DNA of 64,000 bases from Candidatus Peribacteria bacterium (lineage in GTDB: Bacteria > Patescibacteriota > Gracilibacteria > Peribacterales > Peribacteraceae). Positions 1 to 7,822 of the stretch are shown here, piece after piece (within the stretch, counting starts at the first letter, position 1; each line of letters opens with the position of its first letter). The DNA is taken from positions 64,001-128,000 of the forward strand of contig JBEPVF010000003.1 in assembly GCA_041691135.1 (NCBI GenBank), in the 5' to 3' direction. The position numbers were made by a program, and so were the translations under genes. Below the pieces are notes generated by a model. It had not been told where the DNA came from. It made no database searches and worked only from the letters and a program-made list of their open reading frames with translations.

Positions 1-104
1 TCAATCTGTCCCTCAAAGTATTGGACTGTAAGTGTGCGTCCCGCATGAAGAGCCTCGTCTGTAAGGTTGTTTTGTTTTGGAGATTCGATAGCGTCAGAGG
101 ACAT
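1..104 (-). CDS. Partial hypothetical protein (runs off window start)
   Basis: ATG at 104 opens MSSDAIESPKQNNL... with no stop before position 1; TTGACA-containing AT-rich promoter-like region upstream. Confidence 0.4.
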   Translation of the reverse strand, partial: MSSDAIESPKQNNLTDEALHAGRTLTVQYFEGQI

Positions 105-324
105 GAAGATACAATAATGTTTAATTTATAATCTGTCAATGTATCGGCTTGCTGGAATCTAGTACAACTGTGATGAGTGCTTCTAGGAGTTTGTGTCCAT
201 GACTTTATAAACAACTTTCTATGATTCCCATCAGTTCGTGTCGAATTCCGATTATCCGTTTTGCTTTAAAACAGCTCAAACGGCTAAATAGGCTATTTTG
301 CGAAAATATGATATAATATTCATT

Positions 325-1338
325 ATGACGCATCCTCTTCAACCTGAACGTCCTTCCGATCTTCCAGTTGCTCCGGCCAAAGAGACACAATCGCCGGTCT
401 TATCGGAGAGAGAGGTGGTAGCAGAAGGCATGAAAGAATTATTGCGTACTGAAACCATTACAGATCCTACTGACCAAAGAATCCTGAACGCTGCTTCTGT
501 TTTTCTTCAAACTCCATCCTTAGATCGTGCATTGGTTGAAAAGCATCAATCGAATGTTGCGGAAGTGGTGGCCGGTTATGAAATGCAGCAAATAGTGGTG
601 CCGAATGAAATTCTGGCAATCCATGATCAGCTTGGTCGCCTGCATCAGGAGATCATGAAAGATGCAGAGAAACACCTTGAGAAGGAGCCCCTCACGTCCG
701 TGCAGCTATTAGCGAAAGTACAAAACCTGGATTGTCATGACAAGCCTTTTGAGCGCAAAAATAACGATAAAATTGCGGAAATGGTTGGTCTTATGGAACG
801 TTTAGCTCGTTCTTATTTGAAAGACTTGGAGGGGGAACTTGCGAAGGCCACGCCCGATATTGCTGCCAGTAAGAAATTGATGAATTTGGCCTACCAACAG
901 GCGCGACTCCTTGAAATGGGCAATGCTAATAACGCTACAGCCATGCAAGAGCTGAAGGAGTGGCAGGTATCAGTGGTTGTGAATTATCCCCAAGCAATCG
1001 CGCAACTAGCTCAGACGTATGTCGATGCCATCAACAAGGATGTTGCAGAGCCAAAATCAGAGCCCATTATGCTTAGACAATGGATAGGCTTAGCTGTGGG
1101 TTTTGATCCTAGCCTTGCCCAGGAATTGCAGGAAAAATATCTACAAGCGATCCATAAAAATTGCATGTACTTTCTTACGCAGGCAGAAGCAGAGCTTCGC
1201 AAAGAGCGGCCTGACTTTGCGGCGATAGAGCGGTATATTATTGTTCCACCCAAGTATTACACAGAGCTAGCCGTAGGAAGCGGCATTCCTGAAAAAGTAC
1301 AGGAATTACAGCAGCTCCTTGAGGCTCGTCGTAAGTAG
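325..1338 (+). CDS. Hypothetical alpha-helical protein
   Basis: Long ORF (start set at MTHPLQ); no recognisable motif. Confidence 0.7.
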   Translation: MTHPLQPERPSDLPVAPAKETQSPVLSEREVVAEGMKELLRTETITDPTDQRILNAASVFLQTPSLDRALVEKHQSNVAEVVAGYEMQQIVVPNEILAIHDQLGRLHQEIMKDAEKHLEKEPLTSVQLLAKVQNLDCHDKPFERKNNDKIAEMVGLMERLARSYLKDLEGELAKATPDIAASKKLMNLAYQQARLLEMGNANNATAMQELKEWQVSVVVNYPQAIAQLAQTYVDAINKDVAEPKSEPIMLRQWIGLAVGFDPSLAQELQEKYLQAIHKNCMYFLTQAEAELRKERPDFAAIERYIIVPPKYYTELAVGSGIPEKVQELQQLLEARRK

Positions 1339-1367
1339 TAAGAGGAGGGCAAGCAGAACCTCGAATG

Positions 1368-1387
1368 TGGAGCGGGTTACTGGAATC
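1368..1387 (-). repeat. Degenerate copy of tRNA-Gly 3' end (att-like)
   Basis: TGGAGCGGGTTACTGGAATC matches the tRNA-Gly(TCC) end TGGAGCGGGTAGCGGGAATC at 17/20. Confidence 0.65.
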
Positions 1388-1410
1388 TATGGCAATCAAG
1401 ATGCGTGCGT

Positions 1411-1977
1411 CTAGGAGTTTGTAGCCGTGAGCGGAGCATATCGTAGGATGATACCGCCCGTCTTGAGTGGGCGATCCTCTAGCAATGTAAATTTCTGGGA
1501 GGGGACACCCGATGGGAAGAGAGGATTTCCTTTACCCAGAATCACTGGAGCAACGAGAAGTCGGTACTCGTCGAAAAGCCCTTCTTTGGTCAGGGTTTGA
1601 GAGAGGTTGCCACTACCGAAGACGAACATGTCGCCATCACCCTCCTCCTTCAGCTTCGGAATCTCTAGCGCCGCATCCCGCACGATCTCCGTATTATTCC
1701 AATCGGCAGTCTGAAGACTGTGTGAGCAGACAATCTTGCGAATGCTATTCATATATTCTGTCGTTTCGCCTTCGTCCTTTGCGGTCTGCCAATACGCCGC
1801 CATGCCCTCATAGGTTGTTTTCCCAAAAACGAGCATATCCGCATTTCTTAGTTGCTCGAGGCCAAACTGCTCCACTTCGTCATTCCAAATAACATTGTGA
1901 AACGATAGGTCCCATTTCTTTTCACCCTCGAAGTACCCATCGAGTGTGATGACATTCCACATGATAAGTTTTCTCAT
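1411..1977 (-). CDS. Dihydrofolate reductase/RibD C-terminal family protein
   Basis: MRKLIMWNVITLDGYF, FGKTTYE, GSGNL, LFDEYRLLVAPVILGKG motifs. Confidence 0.9.
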   Translation of the reverse strand: MRKLIMWNVITLDGYFEGEKKWDLSFHNVIWNDEVEQFGLEQLRNADMLVFGKTTYEGMAAYWQTAKDEGETTEYMNSIRKIVCSHSLQTADWNNTEIVRDAALEIPKLKEEGDGDMFVFGSGNLSQTLTKEGLFDEYRLLVAPVILGKGNPLFPSGVPSQKFTLLEDRPLKTGGIILRYAPLTATNS

Positions 1978-2076
1978 ACAGATAGACAGAAACAACTGCA
2001 CAAGTGTACATCCTTAGTGGTTGTATTTCCACTTACCTGTACAAAATAAAATGACTTTCATAAGCCATGAACTAGT

Positions 2077-2093
2077 TGGAGCGGGATACGGGA
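2077..2093 (-). repeat. Exact 17-nt copy of tRNA-Gly(CCC) 3' end (att-like)
   Basis: Reverse complement TCCCGTATCCCGCTCCA is identical to 32180-32196. Confidence 0.8.
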
Positions 2094-2098
2094 GCTTA

Positions 2099-3085
2099 TC
2101 AGGTGCCAGTTCGAACTTCTTCGTTAGGGATCAAGTGAACTAATGCAAATGACAACGCGCTTATATGCTCATAAAGTTCATGCTGTACTTCTTTCACAAT
2201 GTTATTCCCTTCTTTAATGGAAAGAGAAGGATCAATAGAAATCGTCAATTGAGCATGTAGCTCGTGGCCGATCCATCTGGCCCGTACATCGCGGATATTT
2301 TTCACACCTGCTACATGCTTTGCTGCATGCTCAAGTTCATCGAGGATCCCAGCTTCAACTCCATCTAATGCACGGACAAAGACGGTTTTCATTGAGTCCC
2401 ATACAATAAAGAAGATCGCGATTGTAATACCAAGTCCAATGACCGGGTCGGCGAGTGGATAGCCGAAGTAGACGCCTACAGCTCCGATTAGGACGGCAAG
2501 GCTTGTCCAGCCATCGGTGCGGGCATGGTAGCCATCCGCAATTAGCGCAGCGCTGTGAATTTGTTTCCCCACACGAATGCGGAAAACTGCGACAGTTTCA
2601 TTTCCCAAGAAACCAAGAACAGAAGCTGCTAAAACGGCTCCTATGTGTGATATGGATTGCGGGTGAAGAAACCGATTAATTGCTTCGTAGCCGGCAGTCA
2701 GAGCGCTGAAAAGAATAATGAGGACTACTGCCATGCCCGCCAGATCTTCCACGCGTCCGTAGCCATAGGAAAAGCGTTTAGTGGGCTTGAGCCTGCTAAT
2801 AGAAAATGCAATGCCGAGCGGAATGGCAGTCGATGCGTCCCCAAAATTGTGGATGGTATCTGCAAGAAGAGCAATGCTCCCCGACAGAAAAACGACCATA
2901 ACCTGCAGGCAGGCCGTGACGAACAAGATAATAAATGACCATTTCACTGCCCATAATCCTTTCTCAGATGAAATAATCGACGGATCGATAGTGCCGTGTG
3001 CATGTCCGTGATCGCCAGTAGGTCTATGGCTATGTGAATCATGAGCGTGACTATGATCATGATGATCTTGCCGTAGAGAGGTCAT
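2099..3085 (-). CDS. Cation diffusion facilitator (CDF) metal transporter
   Basis: His-rich N-terminus, SIALLADTIHN, FSYGYGRVEDL, ALIADGYHARTD, about 6 TM segments. Confidence 0.95.
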   Translation of the reverse strand: MTSLRQDHHDHSHAHDSHSHRPTGDHGHAHGTIDPSIISSEKGLWAVKWSFIILFVTACLQVMVVFLSGSIALLADTIHNFGDASTAIPLGIAFSISRLKPTKRFSYGYGRVEDLAGMAVVLIILFSALTAGYEAINRFLHPQSISHIGAVLAASVLGFLGNETVAVFRIRVGKQIHSAALIADGYHARTDGWTSLAVLIGAVGVYFGYPLADPVIGLGITIAIFFIVWDSMKTVFVRALDGVEAGILDELEHAAKHVAGVKNIRDVRARWIGHELHAQLTISIDPSLSIKEGNNIVKEVQHELYEHISALSFALVHLIPNEEVRTGT

Positions 3086-3167
3086 AAATATTCTTTAAGA
3101 AGAAAGTGCGTTACTTTGATATGGTATACATTATCGAGGATGTAAGTGCAGTGTTTGTTTGTTTCAT

Positions 3168-3241
3168 TGGAGCGGGTAGCGGGAATCGAACCCGCATCCT
3201 CAGCTTGGAAGGCTGATGTACTACCACTGTACGATACCCGC
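3168..3241 (-). tRNA. tRNA-Gly(TCC)
   Basis: GCGGGTA...TACCCGCTCCA acceptor stem, anticodon loop CTTCCAA, GGTTCGATTCC T-arm. Confidence 0.97.
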
Positions 3242-3331
3242 AGAGCACAGGGATTATACCGAAGTAGTGATGAAGAGAAAGGCTCTAAGATGAATATTTG
3301 GCATAGATATCGAGGGTGGTATCATGTTCGC

Positions 3332-3751
3332 ATGCCTGACATTAAGAGCATTACTGTGGAAGCAACCGTAGAAGCACCCATTGCGAAAGTATGGCAATAC
3401 TGGACCGAGCCTGAGCACATCATGCAGTGGAATAACGCTTCGGATGATTGGCACACACCCAGGGCAACTATGGATTTACAAGAAGGTGGCCGGTTTAACT
3501 CTCGTATGGAAGCGAAAGACGGTAGCGAGGGATTTGATTTCAATGGAGTGTTCACGAAGGTCGTACCCCACAAGCAATTGGAGTACACAATGGAAGGAGG
3601 CCGCACAGTCTCGATTACTTTCGATGAGCGAGATGGAACAACCCACGTTGTCGAAACCTTTGAAGCAGAAAACGAGAATCCTTTAGAAATGCAGCAACAG
3701 GGATGGCAGTCGATTCTCCATAATTTCAAGACCTACGTCGAAACGCATTGA
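3332..3751 (+). CDS. SRPBCC/AHSA1-like protein
   Basis: APIAKVWQYWTEPEHIMQW, MEAKDGSEGFDF, QQQGWQSIL; start moved downstream of the tRNA. Confidence 0.9.
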   Translation: MPDIKSITVEATVEAPIAKVWQYWTEPEHIMQWNNASDDWHTPRATMDLQEGGRFNSRMEAKDGSEGFDFNGVFTKVVPHKQLEYTMEGGRTVSITFDERDGTTHVVETFEAENENPLEMQQQGWQSILHNFKTYVETH

Positions 3752-3791
3752 TTGCTAAGAACGCTTACTAAAGCCCGAATGTCTGCCCATA

Positions 3792-3819
3792 TTGACATTA
3801 TTTTAAAATGTATTATATT
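3792..3819 (+). promoter_or_regulatory. Sigma70-like promoter
   Basis: TTGACA-N16-TATATT, ending 6 nt before ATG 3826. Confidence 0.65.
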
Positions 3820-3825
3820 TTTCAC

Positions 3826-4416
3826 ATGGCTGAGGCTGCCCCAAGAGAAACGGCCGGAGGTTTCCCAGTCGAACGAATTAACGCAATTTTAATTGCGGAC
3901 CAAATTGCCGATATAATCCTTACACAACGTCCTCAGCTTGCGGGGGCAATTTTTGCAAGACGGTTAGCGAGAGAAACATTTGTAGGTATTGCAAAAGCAG
4001 AATCCAATGCTCTTCAGGAAATAGGGGCTAAAACAGACGCAGTAAGATTTAGTGTTGTTCAAAGGGTGTGTAACAGTGGATTAGCTTCAGAGCTGGGAAG
4101 CAGAGTGAAAAGCGAAATTCGTTCTCGCATGATGAGGAAAAGACCATTCAATCCTGAGGGTCAAGCAAAAGCGGCCAAGGCTACACGTATTCATGAATGG
4201 ACAAATGAAGATAACGCGGAACTCGTGCGCCTTGCAGAAACTATGCTCCACAGGATCGGGTCACACACGGGCATGCCGGATTGGAAAAGCATTGCAGAAA
4301 TCATGAACGACAGATCCAAAACAAGTTTTACAGCTGCGCAATGGAGAGGCCGTTTTCAACATCTCCAAAAATACAATCCAGCCACACCGGCTGCTGATCA
4401 AGAAAATATCCGGTAG
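3826..4416 (+). CDS. Hypothetical protein with C-terminal Myb/SANT-like domain
   Basis: WTNEDNAELV...DWKSIAEIMN...TAAQWRGRF pattern. Confidence 0.6.
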   Translation: MAEAAPRETAGGFPVERINAILIADQIADIILTQRPQLAGAIFARRLARETFVGIAKAESNALQEIGAKTDAVRFSVVQRVCNSGLASELGSRVKSEIRSRMMRKRPFNPEGQAKAAKATRIHEWTNEDNAELVRLAETMLHRIGSHTGMPDWKSIAEIMNDRSKTSFTAAQWRGRFQHLQKYNPATPAADQENIR

Positions 4417-4456
4417 CCGATTGATAACGCCTCCTAAAATCTGATACAGTCAGGGC

Positions 4457-4891
4457 ATGCCAATGAATCCTGTTGTTCACTTCGAAATGCCGTCCGGCGA
4501 TCAGAAACGCATGGTCGATTTCTATTCAAATGTGTTTGGATGGAAGACACAACAGTTGGGTCCCGCGATGGGGGACTACGTCGTCGTCACGACGTCCGAG
4601 TTGGATGAGAAAGGTTTTCCAACCAAGCCGGGAAGAATCAATGGCGGATTTTACAAGAAAACGGATGACAAAATATCGCAGGCTCCGTCGGTGGTTATCG
4701 CGGTCGACGATATTCGTGAGCACATGAAGAAAGTCGAAGCAGCCGGCGGCAAAATACTCGGTGGACAGGTAAGCGGCGAGCCCGATGACATCCCCGGTAT
4801 CGGTTTGTACGTCTCCTTCGTGGATACGGAAGGCAATCGTGTCAGCATGATCCAGCCGTCGATGGGCATGGAGATGCACAAAGAAGCGTAG
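4457..4891 (+). CDS. VOC/glyoxalase family protein
   Basis: NPVVHFE, FYSNVFGW, INGG, FVDTEGNRV. Confidence 0.92.
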   Translation: MPMNPVVHFEMPSGDQKRMVDFYSNVFGWKTQQLGPAMGDYVVVTTSELDEKGFPTKPGRINGGFYKKTDDKISQAPSVVIAVDDIREHMKKVEAAGGKILGGQVSGEPDDIPGIGLYVSFVDTEGNRVSMIQPSMGMEMHKEA

Positions 4892-4968
4892 TCACCGCGT
4901 ATAAATGGGAACCTATTTAGCGGTTGTTTTTTACTTATACATCAAAATACACCTGATACACTTGTGCC

Positions 4969-5427
4969 ATGAGAATACGCCGGGCACGGGATACAGATTA
5001 TGCCGAGATTGCCCGCTTGCGCAGGCAGACAATTCGCAGCGTGAACTCCAAAGATTATCCGGAAGACGTCATTCATAGCTGGTCAGCCAAAGCGGGTGCG
5101 CGAAGTTTTAGGGAAAGTGCCGATACATGCAAACGATGGGTTGCGCTGGAAAAAGAGAAAATCGTCGGTTTTTGCGAACATTCCTTTGAGTGTGAGCTCT
5201 CCAGGATTTATGTACACAAAGATGCTCTACGGAAAGGGGTTGGCTCTCGATTGCTGGGAGTTGCTGAAGCGTCGCTTCAAAAACAGGGCTGCAAAGTAGT
5301 CATCCTTGAATCAACCATCACCGCCAAAGAATTTTACAAGAAAAATGGATACAAGGTTTTGTCGAAGACTTTTTATCAAGAAAAAGAGAACGAGCCCGTC
5401 TACAAAATGTCCAAAAAGCTGTCATAG
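4969..5427 (+). CDS. GNAT family N-acetyltransferase
   Basis: IYVHKDALRKGVGSRLL acetyl-CoA motif, FYKKNGY. Confidence 0.9.
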   Translation: MRIRRARDTDYAEIARLRRQTIRSVNSKDYPEDVIHSWSAKAGARSFRESADTCKRWVALEKEKIVGFCEHSFECELSRIYVHKDALRKGVGSRLLGVAEASLQKQGCKVVILESTITAKEFYKKNGYKVLSKTFYQEKENEPVYKMSKKLS

Positions 5428-5484
5428 AATCTCTTTTAGCAGCTCTGGTATCAACGTACTATAGCTGCCCTTTCGCCCATGCTT

Positions 5485-6930
5485 ATGTCTATGAATAGCG
5501 ATACTCATAATAGCCGCACTCGTTGGATTGCGCTGATTGTTCTCTGTCTTGGCTCACTGATGATCGTGCTCGATACGACCATCGTGAATGTCGCGTTGCC
5601 GTCGATCAGACAGGATCTTGGCTTTTCCGAAACATCGCTCGCGTGGATCGTGAATGCATACATGCTCACATTCGGCGGATTCCTCCTACTGGGTGGTCGG
5701 CTTGGTGATCTGTTCGGTCATCGCAAACTCTTCCTGATTGGCATCGTTCTGTTTGTATTCGCGTCACTCGCTTGTGGCATGGCGAATTCACGGATATTGC
5801 TCATAGCGGCGCGGGCGGTACAGGGACTCGGCGGTGCGGTGGTGTCTGCTGTCGCATTGTCACTGCTCATGAATATGTTTACTGAGGAAGGGGAGCGAGC
5901 CAAAGCTATGGGCGTGTATGGCTTCGTGTCTGCTGGCGGCGGAAGCATCGGCGTGCTGCTCGGCGGCGTGCTCACGAGCACGCTCAATTGGCATTGGATT
6001 TTTCTGGTGAATATTCCGGTCGGTATTCTCGTCTTCATTCTTTCGCTCCTCATACTCCCGGCTCCGCAAAACCTTGCTACCAGCAGGCACATCGATGTGG
6101 CCGGTGCGGTTACCGTCACCACGTCGCTCATGCTGGCCGTGTATGCGATCGTGAACGGCAACGGGGCTGGGTGGACTTCCGGCATTACTCTCGGCTTACT
6201 GGCTGCAGCCGCGCTGCTCATGGCGCTTTTTGTGTGGATCGAATCGCGCATTCATTCGCCACTCGTACCGCTCAGTCTGTTTCGTCTGCGCAATGTGACT
6301 GTCTCGAATATCGTCGGTGTCCTGTGGGCCGCAGCGATGTTCGCCTGGTTCTTCCTGTCCGCTCTCTATTTGCAATTGGTTCTTGGCTACAGTCCGCTGA
6401 TGGTTGGCCTGGCGTTCCTGCCCGCCAACTTGATCATGGCTGCATTCTCTCTCGGCCTGTCGGCCAAGATCGTTATGCGCTTTGGTATCCGTGGGCCACT
6501 CTCGATCGGCTTATTCCTGGCGGCCTCCGGTCTCGCATGGCTTGGACGAGCGCCTATTGGCGGGCACTACGTTCTGGATGTGCTGCCGAGCATGATCGTC
6601 CTCGGCGTCGGCGCCGGTACTGCGTTTAACCCGATGCTCCTCGCTGCCATGAGTGATGTTCCGCCTGACGAATCCGGTCTGGCCTCAGGAGTCGTGAATA
6701 CGTCGTTCATGATGGGCGGTGCTCTCGGACTCGCAATCCTCGCCAGTCTCGCCGCCGCACACACCAGCAGTTTGGTCGCTTCTGGCACCGATCAACTGGT
6801 TGCACTCACCAGCGGGTATCACATCGCATTCTTCGTCGGTGCCATCTTCGCCGCTCTCGCCGCGACACTTGCTGCTGTCTTATTGCGCAAAACAAATGTA
6901 GTAGCTGATGGTCACGTGGGAGGCATTTGA
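5485..6930 (+). CDS. DHA2 (EmrB/QacA) family MFS efflux transporter
   Basis: LDTTIVNVALPSI, GRLGDLFGHRK, WHWIFLVNIPVG; 14-TM pattern; start 5479 or 5485. Confidence 0.95.
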   Translation: MSMNSDTHNSRTRWIALIVLCLGSLMIVLDTTIVNVALPSIRQDLGFSETSLAWIVNAYMLTFGGFLLLGGRLGDLFGHRKLFLIGIVLFVFASLACGMANSRILLIAARAVQGLGGAVVSAVALSLLMNMFTEEGERAKAMGVYGFVSAGGGSIGVLLGGVLTSTLNWHWIFLVNIPVGILVFILSLLILPAPQNLATSRHIDVAGAVTVTTSLMLAVYAIVNGNGAGWTSGITLGLLAAAALLMALFVWIESRIHSPLVPLSLFRLRNVTVSNIVGVLWAAAMFAWFFLSALYLQLVLGYSPLMVGLAFLPANLIMAAFSLGLSAKIVMRFGIRGPLSIGLFLAASGLAWLGRAPIGGHYVLDVLPSMIVLGVGAGTAFNPMLLAAMSDVPPDESGLASGVVNTSFMMGGALGLAILASLAAAHTSSLVASGTDQLVALTSGYHIAFFVGAIFAALAATLAAVLLRKTNVVADGHVGGI

Positions 6931-6950
6931 AAGAAATAATTCTATGGTCT

Positions 6951-6981
6951 TCCACCCAGCGCCCGCGAGGGGCTGGGTGGA
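6951..6981. terminator. GC-rich hairpin between convergent MFS gene and peptide unit A
   Basis: TCCACCCAGC...GCTGGGTGGA 10-bp stem. Confidence 0.7.
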
Positions 6982-7000
6982 GAGACAGGATCGATGGTGG

Positions 7001-7228
7001 TCATTTGCCCTGGTTTTTCTTGTGCTCATCCCACTGTTGCTTGAGAACCATTGCCCGCAAAGCAGACTGGCTTTTTTCGTCCAACTGAATCTGCTCCGCC
7101 TGAGAGACTTGCTGAGTTGGTGCTTCGGAAGGCGACGAGGTTGCGTACCATATAGCGCCCATTGCGACTGCCGCACCGGCCAGCATGCAAGCCACCACGA
7201 TAGCGGCGCTCTTTTGTGGAATCGTCAT
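7001..7228 (-). CDS. Small single-TM protein (75 aa), unit A
   Basis: MTIPQKSAAIVVACMLAGAAVAMGAIWY...; GAGGAG SD upstream. Confidence 0.75.
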   Translation of the reverse strand: MTIPQKSAAIVVACMLAGAAVAMGAIWYATSSPSEAPTQQVSQAEQIQLDEKSQSALRAMVLKQQWDEHKKNQGK

Positions 7229-7396
7229 TCGGTGCTCCTCAAACAGACGTAGGGATCTCCGCCGACGCCGACGTGGCGATCGCACAGAGCTTCTGACTGC
7301 AGCCTCTTGAGCACATGAATACTCAAAAAGCTGCAGTCTGGCGTATTTACCAATCGATCCTGTCAATGATCTCTCGAAACATATACGTATCAAGAA
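7229..7396 (-). ncRNA. Structured leader RNA of unit A (putative)
   Basis: Hairpins 7373-7394 and 7295-7338; 7353-7364 pairs with 3' UTR 6984-6995; homologous to the unit B leader. Confidence 0.65.
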
Positions 7397-7401
7397 AGCC
7401 T

Positions 7402-7429
7402 ATTATAGAATAATATTTAAATAAAGCAA
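7402..7429 (-). promoter_or_regulatory. Promoter of unit A
   Basis: TTGCTT-N16-TATAAT. Confidence 0.7.
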
Positions 7430-7437
7430 TGTTTGAT

Positions 7438-7466
7438 AAAAAGCCAGCACCCGCGAAGGGTGCTGG
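7438..7466 (-). terminator. Intrinsic terminator of unit B
   Basis: CCAGCACCC-TTCGC-GGGTGCTGG followed by CTTTTT on the minus strand. Confidence 0.85.
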
Positions 7467-7492
7467 ACAAAGGACAGGACGACAGCGGTGGT

Positions 7493-7627
7493 TCATTCGA
7501 CTGTTTCGGTCGGAGCCGGTTCTGGCGCCGACTCCACGGCGGAGAAATACATGATGCCGCCGATGACTGAGGCCCCTAGTACGATGAGGCCTACAACAAT
7601 CAGCAAAATTTTTTTCCAGGAGAGCAT
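7493..7627 (-). CDS. Small single-TM peptide (44 aa), unit B; not in the ORF track
   Basis: MLSWKKILLIVVGLIVLGASVIGGIMYFSAVESAPEPAPTETVE*; GGAGG SD upstream. Confidence 0.75.
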   Translation of the reverse strand: MLSWKKILLIVVGLIVLGASVIGGIMYFSAVESAPEPAPTETVE

Positions 7628-7775
7628 CCGCGTTTCCTCCGAAGATCATTTTGAGACCGACGTGATAACTACGCAACTGCAGCACTCTAGATACACCTAT
7701 ATCCAGAGCGCCGCAGTCCGATGAGCTCACCTGTCTATCCTGTCAATGAACGCTTGAAACTATGTGTCTCAAGAA
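7628..7775 (-). ncRNA. Structured leader RNA of unit B (putative)
   Basis: Hairpins 7753-7773 and 7676-7717; 7731-7744 pairs with 3' UTR 7473-7485. Confidence 0.65.
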
Positions 7776-7780
7776 CGCTT

Positions 7781-7808
7781 ATTATAGAATACTATTCAAC
7801 AAAGACAA
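7781..7808 (-). promoter_or_regulatory. Promoter of unit B
   Basis: TTGTCT-N16-TATAAT. Confidence 0.7.
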
Positions 7809-7822
7809 TAATTGATGTGCCT

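Noticed and set aside
3146-3331. N-terminal extension of the SRPBCC ORF
   Set aside because: Overlaps tRNA-Gly on the opposite strand; the domain starts at ATG 3332, which has a -10 box.
7361-7746. TTGACA inside both leaders as a second -35 box
   Set aside because: No -10 element at 16-18 nt spacing in either unit; treated as part of the RNA motif.
6951-7808. Retron msr-msd, 6S RNA or tmRNA identity for the end-paired RNA units
   Set aside because: No reverse transcriptase in the window and no tRNA-like ends or tag peptide. Each unit contains an SD-led peptide ORF and is longer than 6S.
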